Assembly: GCA_017501225.1 (NCBI GenBank)
Contig: JAFVXH010000006.1
Span: 882-64,881, forward strand
Length of the DNA stretch: 64,000 bases
Direction: 5' to 3'
Origin: Clostridia bacterium
GTDB taxonomy: Bacteria > Bacillota > Clostridia > Oscillospirales > CAG-272
Shown here: positions 46,639 through 63,880 of the stretch, piece after piece
Position numbering within the stretch: the stretch's first letter is position 1
Layout of the letters: each line of letters starts with the position of its first letter
Notes under the pieces: model-generated
The model's input: only the letters and a program-made list of their open reading frames with translations
The model's database searches: none
What the model was told of the DNA's origin: nothing
Made by a program: the position numbers and the translations under genes

Positions 46639-47699
46639 AGTCCCAGCTCCTCTCCCGTCAGGGCGGCAAAGCCGCAGGCAATGACGCGCTCTTTTTCTTC
46701 CGCGGAAAGGCTTGAGGCAAGCACGCGGCGTACAAACTCGCCGCGCAGGGAAACGTCGTGCGCATAATCCTTAGGATCGATCTGCATGCGGCTCTCGTCC
46801 CGAAGCTTCGCAAAATAAAACCGTTCGCCCAGGATCTGTGTCAGATGGCGCAGATCCTTTTGCAGGCCAGGATCGCTCTCGCCCCGCAGGATCACCTTGA
46901 CCAGATCGTCGGACGCAAGGGTGGCGACCGATGAGAGGAGTTTGTTCTCCAGCTCCAGATGCGAGGTGATTCCGCTGATATCGCAAAGCACGGTGTGCAG
47001 GGTGCGTCTTGCGATGGGGAAGAACGTATGCTGAAGCCGCTTGCCGTCGATCTCGAGCAGCACGTATCCCTTTGGCCCGCACTCGTCAAAGCCGCGCCCC
47101 TCAAGGCAACCGGAATAGCAGGCGGTGCAGCGTTTGTCGATGGCTGCCGTGCGATATTCGTGCAGATGTCCGAGCGCTACGTAGTCGATATGCTTGTTTT
47201 TGAGCAGCGGAAAGCGTATGATATCCTCTTTTTTTGCGCCTCGGCTTTTCGATTCCTGACCGTGAAGCAAAAGGATGTTGACGCGCTCGGGATTCAGGGA
47301 AAGGGCTTCGAGATCGGGGGATTCGCTTCCCGTGACGGTGACGCCGTCAAGCTCGTAGGAGGTCCACTCCTTGCCGAAGGTATACAGATTGCTCGGCTTT
47401 TCCTCGGTCGAAAGCAGGGCATTCCCCAGATCGTGATTGCCCGCAAGATAGAAAAAGGAAAGATTTGGATACGAGCGGATCAGATCCAGCACGTAGCGTT
47501 CGGTTTTTTTGGTGATATGGGTGCTGTCAAACAGATCGCCCGCAATCAGGATCGCGCGCACGCCGATGTCATCGGCGGTTTTGACCAAGCGCCCGAAGGT
47601 AGAGAGGATCTCATTTTTCCGCTCCTTTGCCTGCTCTGCACCGAGATTTGCCTCCATGGGGGAATCCAGATGCAGATCCGCGATGTGGATCAGCTTCAT
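46635..47699 (-). CDS. YhaO/SbcD(Mre11)-like metallophosphoesterase DNA-repair nuclease
   Basis: IHIADLHLD, IAGDLFD, AGNHD, LLLHG, ALGHLH, YSGCLEGRGFDE; overlaps the ATPase start. Confidence 0.9.
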   Translation of the reverse strand: MKLIHIADLHLDSPMEANLGAEQAKERKNEILSTFGRLVKTADDIGVRAILIAGDLFDSTHITKKTERYVLDLIRSYPNLSFFYLAGNHDLGNALLSTEEKPSNLYTFGKEWTSYELDGVTVTGSESPDLEALSLNPERVNILLLHGQESKSRGAKKEDIIRFPLLKNKHIDYVALGHLHEYRTAAIDKRCTACYSGCLEGRGFDECGPKGYVLLEIDGKRLQHTFFPIARRTLHTVLCDISGITSHLELENKLLSSVATLASDDLVKVILRGESDPGLQKDLRHLTQILGERFYFAKLRDESRMQIDPKDYAHDVSLRGEFVRRVLASSLSAEEKERVIACGFAALTGEELGL

Positions 47700-47872
47700 T
47701 CGGTCACGTCCTTTCCTTTTTATGTGTCTATATTGAGTATATCATAGCTTTTGCAAAAACGCAAGATGAAAGCTGTCGCTTTTTTTACAGAAAAAGGATT
47801 TTTCTTACGCTTGACAAGACGCGCTCTTTCGGGTATGATAGTGGTAGAGCATTCACCAAAGGAGGTTGACGT

Positions 47873-49030
47873 ATGGATCCAAATAAAACGGCGGCAAAAT
47901 CCGTCGGGCTGTATCTGCATATCCCGTTTTGCCGCAGCAAGTGTCTGTACTGTGATTTTTGCTCCTTTGTAGGCAAGGATGAGGAGAAGATGCGACTCTA
48001 TACCGCCGCGCTCTGCCGTGATCTTGCGCAATACGCGCCCCGTTTGCGGGATCATACGGTGGACACGGTCTATTTCGGAGGAGGAACGCCGACGCTGCTG
48101 CCTCCGGCGCTGCTTGCGTCGGTGCTGGACTGCGTGTTTTCGCATTACTTGATATCGGCGGACGCCGAGATCACGGCGGAATGCAACCCCGCGACGGCAG
48201 ACGAAGCCGCGTTTTCCGTCTTGCGACGCGCGGGATTTAACCGCTTGAGTATCGGTGTGCAGAGTGCCAATTCCGACGAACTTCGCGCCATCGGAAGGAG
48301 GCATCGCTTTTCCGATGCCGAGAGGACGGTATGGCAGGCAAAACGCGCGGGCTTTGACAACCTATCTGCCGACGTGATGTTCGGACTTCCGTTGCAGACG
48401 AAGGAGAGCTATCTGCATACGCTGGAGCAGGTCTGCGCGCTCCCCGTGACGCATCTTTCGGCATATGCCCTGACCTTGGAGGAGGGGACCCCTCTTTGCC
48501 GTCTTGTGGATGAAGGACGCGTTCAGATCCCTGATGAGGAGGAAACCGAGGCGATGTACTTCGGAGGGATCGAGTATCTGAAGTCCCGAGGCTTGGCGCA
48601 ATACGAGATCAGCAATTTTGCGCGCGCGGGGTATGAGTCGCGCCACAATCTCAAATACTGGTATGGGCACCCTTACCTCGGTCTTGGCGTCGCGGCTCAT
48701 TCCGATCTTTTTGGTGAGCGTTTTGGGAATTCTTATGAGATCGACGCATATATTAGTGGGGAAGACGTTACCGAGGAAAGATCGCGCCCCGATGAAAGGG
48801 AACGCAAAAACGAATACCTGATGCTCCGTCTGCGCCTTTGCGAGGGCATCGACGAGGGGGAATTTTCCGATCTGTTCGGCGCTTCGTTCTGGGAAAGCTA
48901 CAAGGAGTGCCTGACTCCGTATCTGGAGCGGGGATATCTGATACGCAAGGACGGCAGATGCGCGATGACGCCGAGAGGCTTTTACATCAGCAATCATATT
49001 CTCTCCGATCTGTTGGATTTTCCGGACTGA
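47873..49030 (+). CDS. hemW: Radical SAM heme chaperone
   Basis: GLYLHIPFCRSKCLYCDF, YFGGGTP, RLSIGVQS, YEISNFA, HNLKYW. Confidence 0.92.
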   Translation: MDPNKTAAKSVGLYLHIPFCRSKCLYCDFCSFVGKDEEKMRLYTAALCRDLAQYAPRLRDHTVDTVYFGGGTPTLLPPALLASVLDCVFSHYLISADAEITAECNPATADEAAFSVLRRAGFNRLSIGVQSANSDELRAIGRRHRFSDAERTVWQAKRAGFDNLSADVMFGLPLQTKESYLHTLEQVCALPVTHLSAYALTLEEGTPLCRLVDEGRVQIPDEEETEAMYFGGIEYLKSRGLAQYEISNFARAGYESRHNLKYWYGHPYLGLGVAAHSDLFGERFGNSYEIDAYISGEDVTEERSRPDERERKNEYLMLRLRLCEGIDEGEFSDLFGASFWESYKECLTPYLERGYLIRKDGRCAMTPRGFYISNHILSDLLDFPD

Positions 49031-49127
49031 TTTTGTGCCGAAGACAAAAATCTCTTGACATTCAAGTGCGTATCGTGTAAAATAAAAGTGCAAAACCAAT
49101 ACTATGAAAGTATAAGAGGGAAAGAAA

Positions 49128-49436
49128 ATGGATACAAATCAGAATGAGCGTGAATTTTTTACGTTGACCGATGAGGACGGCAAGGAGCTGGAATTTGAGC
49201 TGATCGGCGTTGGAGAGGTCAAGGGAAAGACCTACTATGCCATGATCCCCGCAGACGGCACCTCCACCGACGAAGACGGTCAAAGCTTCTGCGAGTACGT
49301 CATTTTGCGTGTGGAAACCGATGAGAACGGCGAGGGCTCGCTTGTGACCATCGACGATGACGACGAGTTTGATGACGTTGCCGATTACTTCGACGACATG
49401 TTCTCCGAGGAGATCGACTACGACACGCAGGCGTAA
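49128..49436 (+). CDS. DUF1292 domain protein
   Basis: TLTDEDGKELEFE..YYAMIP..ILRVE..TIDDDDEFDDVADYF; promoter TTGACA-17-TAAAAT at 49055-49083. Confidence 0.88.
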   Translation: MDTNQNEREFFTLTDEDGKELEFELIGVGEVKGKTYYAMIPADGTSTDEDGQSFCEYVILRVETDENGEGSLVTIDDDDEFDDVADYFDDMFSEEIDYDTQA

Positions 49437-49450
49437 CACTGTTTGCACAC

Positions 49451-49660
49451 AACCTGCCGTGTGCGTGATGCTTGGCGATATAAACCCACAACTGAACAAA
49501 GGAGTCTGACGATGCCGACGGTTTGCAGACCTCCCGTACGCGAGATTTCGATTGACTTGTCTCGACCGCGTGCGGACGTTGGGAGCAGTAAAGTCGCACG
49601 GAGGACACCGCCCTGGATAGACAGGGTTTCAACTTCCCAGGCACACGGCTCGGTGGGGCT
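49451..49660 (+). ncRNA. ssrS: Probable 6S RNA
   Basis: Closing stem GCCGTGTGC/GCACACGGC; Firmicutes 6S-like motifs in order (CCTG..GTGxGT, GACC, TGGGAGC, CACC, GGGTTxCAA, ACGGC, GGGG); about 210 nt; strong terminator at 49680-49721. Confidence 0.6.
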
Positions 49661-50051
49661 TTGAACCATCACACAATTGAATCAGCGGCGGCTATCCCGA
49701 GATAGCCGCCGCTGATTTTTTCGTTTTTCAACGCTGTCTTAATAAATTTGTAGATTTTTCGTGCTTTGCGTGAACGGATCGGGATCTGTACGGACAAATT
49801 CTGCCCGCTTGTCCGAAAAAATGCGCAAAATTACAAAAAAAGAAAGTTTTTTTATAAAAAATGGAAAAATGTACTTGACAAATGACAAAATGCGTGATAA
49901 AATAGTAAACTGCATTATAATCGCTCATACTGCGTTCCGGCAAGGTAAAAAAGCAAATTGTATGACAGCCGTTTGCGAAAAAAAGGGACGTTGTTTGGGC
50001 ACGGAAGTATTCCGGAGTGTTATCAATTCATTGAATGGAGTGATTGAATTA

Positions 50052-53978
<3,927 letters not shown>

Positions 53979-54101
53979 AATGATCCGGTCGTGGGAGGGA
54001 ATTTCCTCCCACGGCGGGAAACCGTAAATTCAAGCATGAGTTTACCGTTGCGGCATTGATTGACAGTGCAACGCAATGCAAGAAGCATATAGAAAGGGTT
54101 C

Positions 54102-57719
<3,618 letters not shown>

Positions 57720-57736
57720 TTGAATTTCAAACAAAT

Positions 57737-57770
57737 AGCCGCCGCAATCAAACGATTGCGGCGGCTTTGT
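57737..57770. terminator. Bidirectional terminator between rpoC and the convergent operon
   Basis: AGCCGCCGCAATC-aaac-GATTGCGGCGGCT. Confidence 0.82.
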
Positions 57771-57789
57771 TATGCGGTTTTCAGTTGTA

Positions 57790-58332
57790 TCAATGCTTGC
57801 CGTTCAGCCCGAAGCGCTTTTTCAGGCGGTAGAGGTAAAAGGTGATCAGACGCGTAATGGCAAGGTCGTAGACTAAGAAGCAAGCCAACGCTATGACGTA
57901 GGTGACCAAGAGCATCCAGCGCTGTGTGCCGAAGTCGATCAGATTGGGGAATATCCAATAAAAGACGAGATAGATCAGGACGATCCCGACGTGAAAGACA
58001 CCGAGCTTACAAAGGAAGGAAAAGACGCGCGGCAGACGTTCCAGATACGCCTTCAGGATGGGGTAGTAGCCAAGAAAAAGAGTATAGAACACGGCAGGCG
58101 TTTTTTGCACGGGCAACAGGAAGGAGAGCACCGCCGTTGCGAAAAAGACGCCCCACGGATAAAAGCCGCCCATCTCGATCATGGCGTAAACGCACAGGAG
58201 CGAGGCAAGCCCTGCCGCTGTCAGATCCAGCACGTCGATCAGAGATCCGAGCGAGATGAAGATCACGCCAAGGGCGGTGAGCATCGCGCACACGGTCAGA
58301 TATTTGGTTTTGACGGATTGATGTTTTCTCAT
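57790..58332 (-). CDS. Conserved integral membrane protein (5-6 TM; ECF S-component-like size)
   Basis: Hydrophobic throughout; AMLTALG N-terminal helix, LGYYPILKAYLE; third gene of the operon. Confidence 0.75.
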   Translation of the reverse strand: MRKHQSVKTKYLTVCAMLTALGVIFISLGSLIDVLDLTAAGLASLLCVYAMIEMGGFYPWGVFFATAVLSFLLPVQKTPAVFYTLFLGYYPILKAYLERLPRVFSFLCKLGVFHVGIVLIYLVFYWIFPNLIDFGTQRWMLLVTYVIALACFLVYDLAITRLITFYLYRLKKRFGLNGKH

Positions 58333-58350
58333 CCAAGCTTCCTTTCGGGA

Positions 58351-58965
58351 TCAGCAACAGCCGATCAGGTCGCCGCCCATGCATTCACAGCAGCAGTCGG
58401 CACACATAAGCCCTGTGCAGATGTCGCAGACACCGACCGAGGAGGACGCCGTATTGTATCCGCGTCCGTAGCCGGTGAATTGCTGCTGCAGCCGTTCCTT
58501 TGCCATGCGGTATTCGCTGTTTTGCGGATCCATGGCGCAGGCTTGCTCAAAGAGTCTTTGGGCATCCAGATGATATCCGCGCTTGAGCAGGACGCAGCCC
58601 ATCAGGAAATGCCATTCGGCAGTTTGCTCCTCACGCGGGATCGAGTTGAGAATGCGCTCCGCCTCAAAGATCTGGTTGCGGTTGATCAAATGGCGTACGT
58701 TTGCATAGCGTGCGTCGCCACTTCCTGTGCTGCCGGGGTTTCCCGTAAAGGAGGAATTGCTGCTGCTTCCTTTCCCGGAACGCATCTTCTGGATCTCCTC
58801 GTACGCGGCGTTGATTTCCTTCATCTTTTCGCCCGCCAGATCGGCAAGATCGCTGTCTACGTATTTATCGGGGTGATATTTTCTCGCCAGATCCCGATAT
58901 GCACGCTTGATTTCTTCATCGCTGGCATCGGGAGATACGCCGAGAATCTGATAGGGTGTTTTCAT
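58351..58965 (-). CDS. J-domain protein with TPR segment and Cys-rich C-terminal tail
   Basis: [27 protein letters not shown] (HPD); [19 protein letters not shown]-like; tail [25 protein letters not shown]. Confidence 0.9.
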   Translation of the reverse strand: MKTPYQILGVSPDASDEEIKRAYRDLARKYHPDKYVDSDLADLAGEKMKEINAAYEEIQKMRSGKGSSSNSSFTGNPGSTGSGDARYANVRHLINRNQIFEAERILNSIPREEQTAEWHFLMGCVLLKRGYHLDAQRLFEQACAMDPQNSEYRMAKERLQQQFTGYGRGYNTASSSVGVCDICTGLMCADCCCECMGGDLIGCC

Positions 58966-58973
58966 TTTGCGTT

Positions 58974-59867
58974 TCACCTTTCGGAGTCAGTTTGTTTGGT
59001 CCGACGCTTCTTTTTGCAGGTCGGAAAGAGGGCGCTCTGCGCCGCCTTGGGAAGCCCTAAGTAGAGGATATTTGCAAGGATTTCCTGAATTTCGGGATGT
59101 GCTGGAGGATCGATGAGCAAAAACGCCTTTTCCGCGTCGCTAAGATGTGCCACCAGTGCGTGCTGAACGAGCTCCTTTTCGGATTGCTCAAGGGAATTGC
59201 CGAACTGTGCGGCGTAAGGATTGAAGCGCCCCTTTTTGCAGTCCTCCTCGAGATCGTTTGCCGCGTCGAGCAGATAGATCCAGCGCCCGACGGCGTCGCC
59301 GATATTTCCCGCGAGTCGCGCGTCGGTGCCCTCAAGCCCTTCTGCGAATACCGCACGCATGAGTGCCCCGAAATAGGAGGCGGGGAGCTCGATACTGTCA
59401 TTCGGTTCCGCCTCAAACGCGGAGAGGGCAGAGAGCTGCTCCGCGATCTGCGCATCCAGCTCGGGATGCCTTTTTTTCGCCTTGCGGTAGGCAGATACCA
59501 AAAACGGACGGGCAAGCAGGGCACGGAGCTTTTTCAATCCGCTCTCATCCTTGCAGTCGTCCAAGAGCTTTTGGTAGCTCAAAAGTGCCGAGGCGTCGGC
59601 ACAGTAGGCAAGCGTGGGGGAGTTCATCACCGCCTTGCGCTTTCGGATCCAATGCAGGGGGCACCGCTTTTTTTTGACGGTCAGTGTTTCCTTGGAAAGC
59701 GCGATGCGCACGGCTGCTAAGAATACAAAATCATAGCTGAGCGTCATGCGGGAGCATTGCCCCGTGCATTTGCCCATGCTTTTGCAAAGCCCGCAATAGA
59801 GCGCGCGATAGCATTCATATTCACGCAGTCGCAGCTCCTGCGAATCGATGCGGACGTATCCCAGCAT
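58974..59867 (-). CDS. DUF5685 family protein
   Basis: [30 protein letters not shown]-terminus; LLDDCKDE and [11 protein letters not shown]; GGAGG RBS. Confidence 0.8.
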   Translation of the reverse strand: MLGYVRIDSQELRLREYECYRALYCGLCKSMGKCTGQCSRMTLSYDFVFLAAVRIALSKETLTVKKKRCPLHWIRKRKAVMNSPTLAYCADASALLSYQKLLDDCKDESGLKKLRALLARPFLVSAYRKAKKRHPELDAQIAEQLSALSAFEAEPNDSIELPASYFGALMRAVFAEGLEGTDARLAGNIGDAVGRWIYLLDAANDLEEDCKKGRFNPYAAQFGNSLEQSEKELVQHALVAHLSDAEKAFLLIDPPAHPEIQEILANILYLGLPKAAQSALFPTCKKKRRTKQTDSER

Positions 59868-60064
59868 GCAAGCATCCTCCTTTTTGGAAACAATACCCAT
59901 ACTACTATCATACCCCATTTATTTGTCAATTGCAAGAAGATTTTGTGTATTTTTCGCAAACACGGACAAAAAGCACCGTTTTTTGCTTTGTGTACCGACT
60001 CTTGACACATCTGGCGTTTTGTGGTATACTGATGGGGAAGGATTGGAATTGGGAGGATGATGGA

Positions 60065-61855
60065 ATGAAGGAAAAAATCAAGCAAATTTTTTCTTTGGAG
60101 AGCGTGATCTGCCGTCTGTTTGCATCGTGGTTCTGCTTCCACGCCATGCGGATGCTGGAGGGAAAGGGCTTTGAAACGGTCAAGGCGGGGGCTGACGTAT
60201 CCTTCGGTGAGCTTTTCCTGATCGGCGCATTCTTTTTCGTATTATACAGTCTGCTTGCGTATTTTCTCCCGACCTATCCGACCGATACGTGGGGGATGCT
60301 GCTGGGCTCAAGCATTTGCGCGTTTGTCTGGATCTTCAAATACGGAAACGCTTCCAACCATATCCTTTTGACGCTGGCGGTCGTGCTTGCCTACGCGATG
60401 ATGATCGTCTACGTGGTGCGCCGTAACCTGGGGTGGCTCGAAAAATGGGATCCCAAAACACGCATTGTTGTGATCTGCGCCGCCTTGTTTGCCGTTTCCG
60501 GGTGTGTGATCCTTTCCGTGATCACCTGCCTGCGATACAAGACCTTCTCCAGCCCCAACTTTGACTTCGGACTGTTTTGCAACATGTTCTCCAACATGAG
60601 AAAAACGGGACTTCCGCTGATCACCAGCGAGCGTGACACGCTTCTCTCGCACTTCGCGGTGCATATCTCTCCGATCTTTTATCTGCTCCTTCCATTCTAT
60701 TACGTTTTTCCCTCACCCATGACCTTGCAGATCGGGCAAGCGGTGATTTTGATGGCGGGTGTGATTCCCGTCGTACTGCTGGCAAGGCATTATAAGCTCG
60801 GAAGCAAAGCCACCGTTCTGCTTTCCCTGATCTATTGCGCGTATCCCGTGCTGACAACGGGATGCTTTTATGACATCCACGAGAATTGCTTCTTGCCGTT
60901 CTTCCTTCTCTGGACCTTCTATTTCTTTGAAAAAGAGAAATGGATCCCAATGTACCTCTCGGCGTTCTGCGTTCTGATGGTCAAGGAGGATGCCGCGATC
61001 TTTTTGGCGATCTTTGCCGTATACGTCATTCTCTCTCGCAAAAAATATCTGCACGGTGGGATCTTAGCGGCGGCATCGGTCGGGTATTTCCTGCTCGCAA
61101 CGCACCTGATCAACACCTACGGTGACGGGGTTCTGAGCAACCGCTTCGATAACCTGATCCCCGATGCGGAAAGCGGAATCTTCGGCATCGTCAAGGTAGG
61201 GCTTACCAATCCCGGATTTTTCCTGACGCAGCTCTTTACCGAGGGCGACGGCGGATGGGATAAGATCGTTTATTTTCTGCTGCTCCTTTTGCCGCTCGGC
61301 TTTTTGCCGTTCTGCACCAAGAGGGCATCGCGCTGGCTGCTGCTCGCGCCCATGCTGCTCAACTTTCTCTCCTATTACCAGTATCTCTATCATCCCAATT
61401 TCCAATACAGCTTTGGCATCATCGCGTTTTTGATGTATGCGGCGGTGCAGAACGTAGCAGAGCTGAAGGCTCCTACGAGAAGAACGCTGCTTTCCATCGG
61501 TGCCGCGGCTGGCTGCTGTCTGTATATCTTCTCCGTTTTACCCTCGCTGGACTCCTACGTCACACGCTGGCAGGAGGGTAAGGAGCAGTATGTGGAGATG
61601 AAGCAGACGCTGGAGGCATTGGACGAGCGCGCGTCGCTCAACGTTTCTACCTTCCTTTTGGCACACGTTGCAGATCACGACGTGGTTTACGAGGTTGGAT
61701 ATCACGGCGATAAGCCTGACGTGGATTTCGTGGTGCTGGATAAGCGCTATTCCTACCGCTCCACCATGTTCAATTACACCAAGGCAGGATACACGGTATA
61801 TCAGGAAACCGACTATATTCTGATTTTGCAAAAGGGAAGCGACGCTCACGCGTGA
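60065..61855 (+). CDS. DUF2079-domain polytopic membrane protein (GT-C-like)
   Basis: FDFGLF..SHFAVHISPI..PFY..P..TLQIGQA; YDIHENC; VKED; extra N-terminal TMs. Confidence 0.78.
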   Translation: MKEKIKQIFSLESVICRLFASWFCFHAMRMLEGKGFETVKAGADVSFGELFLIGAFFFVLYSLLAYFLPTYPTDTWGMLLGSSICAFVWIFKYGNASNHILLTLAVVLAYAMMIVYVVRRNLGWLEKWDPKTRIVVICAALFAVSGCVILSVITCLRYKTFSSPNFDFGLFCNMFSNMRKTGLPLITSERDTLLSHFAVHISPIFYLLLPFYYVFPSPMTLQIGQAVILMAGVIPVVLLARHYKLGSKATVLLSLIYCAYPVLTTGCFYDIHENCFLPFFLLWTFYFFEKEKWIPMYLSAFCVLMVKEDAAIFLAIFAVYVILSRKKYLHGGILAAASVGYFLLATHLINTYGDGVLSNRFDNLIPDAESGIFGIVKVGLTNPGFFLTQLFTEGDGGWDKIVYFLLLLLPLGFLPFCTKRASRWLLLAPMLLNFLSYYQYLYHPNFQYSFGIIAFLMYAAVQNVAELKAPTRRTLLSIGAAAGCCLYIFSVLPSLDSYVTRWQEGKEQYVEMKQTLEALDERASLNVSTFLLAHVADHDVVYEVGYHGDKPDVDFVVLDKRYSYRSTMFNYTKAGYTVYQETDYILILQKGSDAHA

Positions 61856-61869
61856 CCCTGTCAAATAAG

Positions 61870-61899
61870 AAACGCCCGCATCACGTGATGCGGGCGTTT
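61870..61899. terminator. Bidirectional intrinsic terminator
   Basis: AAACGCCCGCATCA-cg-TGATGCGGGCGTTT. Confidence 0.8.
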
Positions 61900-61917
61900 C
61901 TTTATTTTCTTTGCACG

Positions 61918-62451
61918 TCAATCAAGCAGATCGAAGATCGCGCGGCGTACCGCTGCCTTTTTCTTGTTCTTGGAATGCTTCTTGGCGGCTCTGACCGTCA
62001 GTCCTCCGAGGATGCAAACGGCTACCACGGGGATGAGGACCTTGCCAACCTTTTTTGCTGTCGAGACGTCCTTCTTGGAAAGGGGCAATATCTTCTTGCG
62101 AGGTGCCTGCGCGGGCGTTTCTTCGCGTGCTGCCTGCGCCTCCAGCGCCATCAGCTCTGCGGCAATGCGCTCAGCCTCGCTGGCATCGGCAATCGCCTGC
62201 GCTTCCATCAAACGGAATTCCAGATCCTCCTGCTTCTCGGCGTAGTCGCCAAACGCAAGCAGAATCCCTGCGACGATCACGATCAACAGCGCGCCCCCCG
62301 CGGTGATGGCAAGATACTGCCATTCAAACGGAAGATTGAGAACCTCGGGCATACAAAGCACGCAATATGTAATGGAGCTCAGAATAAAAGCGAGCCATCC
62401 AATGGTAAATATCACCTTTGCAGCGGTGCGGAATTTTACTGATTTCATCAT
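61918..62451 (-). CDS. Hypothetical membrane protein (2 TM, acidic Ala-rich helix, third TM, basic tail)
   Basis: GGAGGAG RBS, hydrophobicity pattern, terminator downstream. Confidence 0.7.
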   Translation of the reverse strand: MMKSVKFRTAAKVIFTIGWLAFILSSITYCVLCMPEVLNLPFEWQYLAITAGGALLIVIVAGILLAFGDYAEKQEDLEFRLMEAQAIADASEAERIAAELMALEAQAAREETPAQAPRKKILPLSKKDVSTAKKVGKVLIPVVAVCILGGLTVRAAKKHSKNKKKAAVRRAIFDLLD

Positions 62452-62582
62452 AACTCCTCCCTTTCATGATAATCTGCTATCATAATCATACCACGAAAAG
62501 GGCTCCGTGTCAACAGCAGAGCAAAAAAATTCACATTCATTTTCAAAAAAAGGGGAAACGGCGGGGCATAGGTCGATGCGTG

Positions 62583-63287
62583 TCAGTCGATGGACAGGAC
62601 GAACACTACGTGGGGAAGCGAGTGGAACTTTTCCAGCTTTTCCTCGGGGCTGACCTTCGCGGGGATGCGGATCAGGGTTTCGACGCCGACGTAGGATCCC
62701 GTATTGCTGCGGGCGGGTGTGACCTGAACCTCCTTGGCGGAGAACTGGGTTTTTAAGGTGTTGATGGTTTCCTGCACGGCATCGACACCGTCGATCTCCA
62801 GATAGACGAACATCTTCTGGCGCTTGAGATTGAGCAGATGCTCAAGGCTGGAGCCAAACGTAAAGGCGAATACGATGGCAGTGGCGGTGATAAACGCGCC
62901 GAAGTAGAAGCCGAATCCGACGGCAAGACCGATGGCAGCGGTTGCCCAGAGTCCTGCGGCGGTGGTAAGTCCGGTGATCTGAGAATTTCCTTTTTTGAGC
63001 AGAATGGTTCCCGCACCAAGGAAACCGACACCGCTCATGACCTGCGCGGAGATGCGTGCCACATCCGTGGCGATTCCGAGCTCAAGCGTCAGGTACAGAC
63101 CGACCAGAGCGGTCAGGGCTGCTCCGAGAGATACCAGCATGTGCGTGCGCAGACCCGCGGCACGCCCGTGAAACTCACGCTCGATTCCGACAAGTCCACC
63201 TGCCAGGGCGGCAAGGAAAATGCGCAACAGCGTTGATACGAGGTTAAAGTCCTTGAGATATTCGTAAGCGTCTACTAAAAAATCCAC
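62583..63287 (-). CDS. MgtC/SapB family membrane protein
   Basis: LAGGLVGIERE..AAGLRTHMLVSLGA, RISAQVMSGVGFLGAGTI, GLTTAAGLW. Confidence 0.93.
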   Translation of the reverse strand: MDFLVDAYEYLKDFNLVSTLLRIFLAALAGGLVGIEREFHGRAAGLRTHMLVSLGAALTALVGLYLTLELGIATDVARISAQVMSGVGFLGAGTILLKKGNSQITGLTTAAGLWATAAIGLAVGFGFYFGAFITATAIVFAFTFGSSLEHLLNLKRQKMFVYLEIDGVDAVQETINTLKTQFSAKEVQVTPARSNTGSYVGVETLIRIPAKVSPEEKLEKFHSLPHVVFVLSID

Positions 63288-63535
63288 GTCGTTCTTCCTC
63301 CCAAATACATTTTATAATTGATTATTATAGCACAAAGAGTGGGGGATGTCAACACTGTTTTTTAGCATTTTTGCCTATTTTTTTAGCAAAAGAGATGCAA
63401 AAGTATGAAAAAAGAAGGGTGCGTTTTTGATTTCCTATTGCAATTATATGCGATTGATGATACAATAGAGAGCGGTGAGTGTTTTTGATCCGCACCGAAT
63501 ATCCGTGCCGGGCGCACGGCGAAAAGGAGAGGCTT

Positions 63536-63880
63536 ATGCCGTTTATCGATACCAAATTGAATTTTCCGCTCAGCGAGGAAAAGGAGGCTGCTCTTAAGGC
63601 AAAGCTTGGGGAGGCGATCGCGGTCTTTCCCGGGAAGAACGAATACTGGCTGATGCTCAATTTCAGCGACAGCTGCCGCATGTGGTTCCGCGGACACAAC
63701 AGCTTTCCGATCGCGATGGTAGAGGTCAAGCTGTTCGGAGCACCTAAGGCAGAGCACTGCCAAGCGATGACGCGCGAGATCTGCCGCATCTTCGGAGAGG
63801 AGCTTGCGCTTCCCGCTGACCGTATCTACGTCGAGTACAGCCACACCGATCAGTGGGGTTGGAATGGGGAGAATTTTTAA
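63536..63880 (+). CDS. MIF/phenylpyruvate tautomerase-related protein
   Basis: N-terminal MP (Pro-1), PGKNEYWLM, RIYVEY..WGWNGENF; promoter TTGCAA-17-TACAAT at 63438-63466. Confidence 0.85.
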   Translation: MPFIDTKLNFPLSEEKEAALKAKLGEAIAVFPGKNEYWLMLNFSDSCRMWFRGHNSFPIAMVEVKLFGAPKAEHCQAMTREICRIFGEELALPADRIYVEYSHTDQWGWNGENF

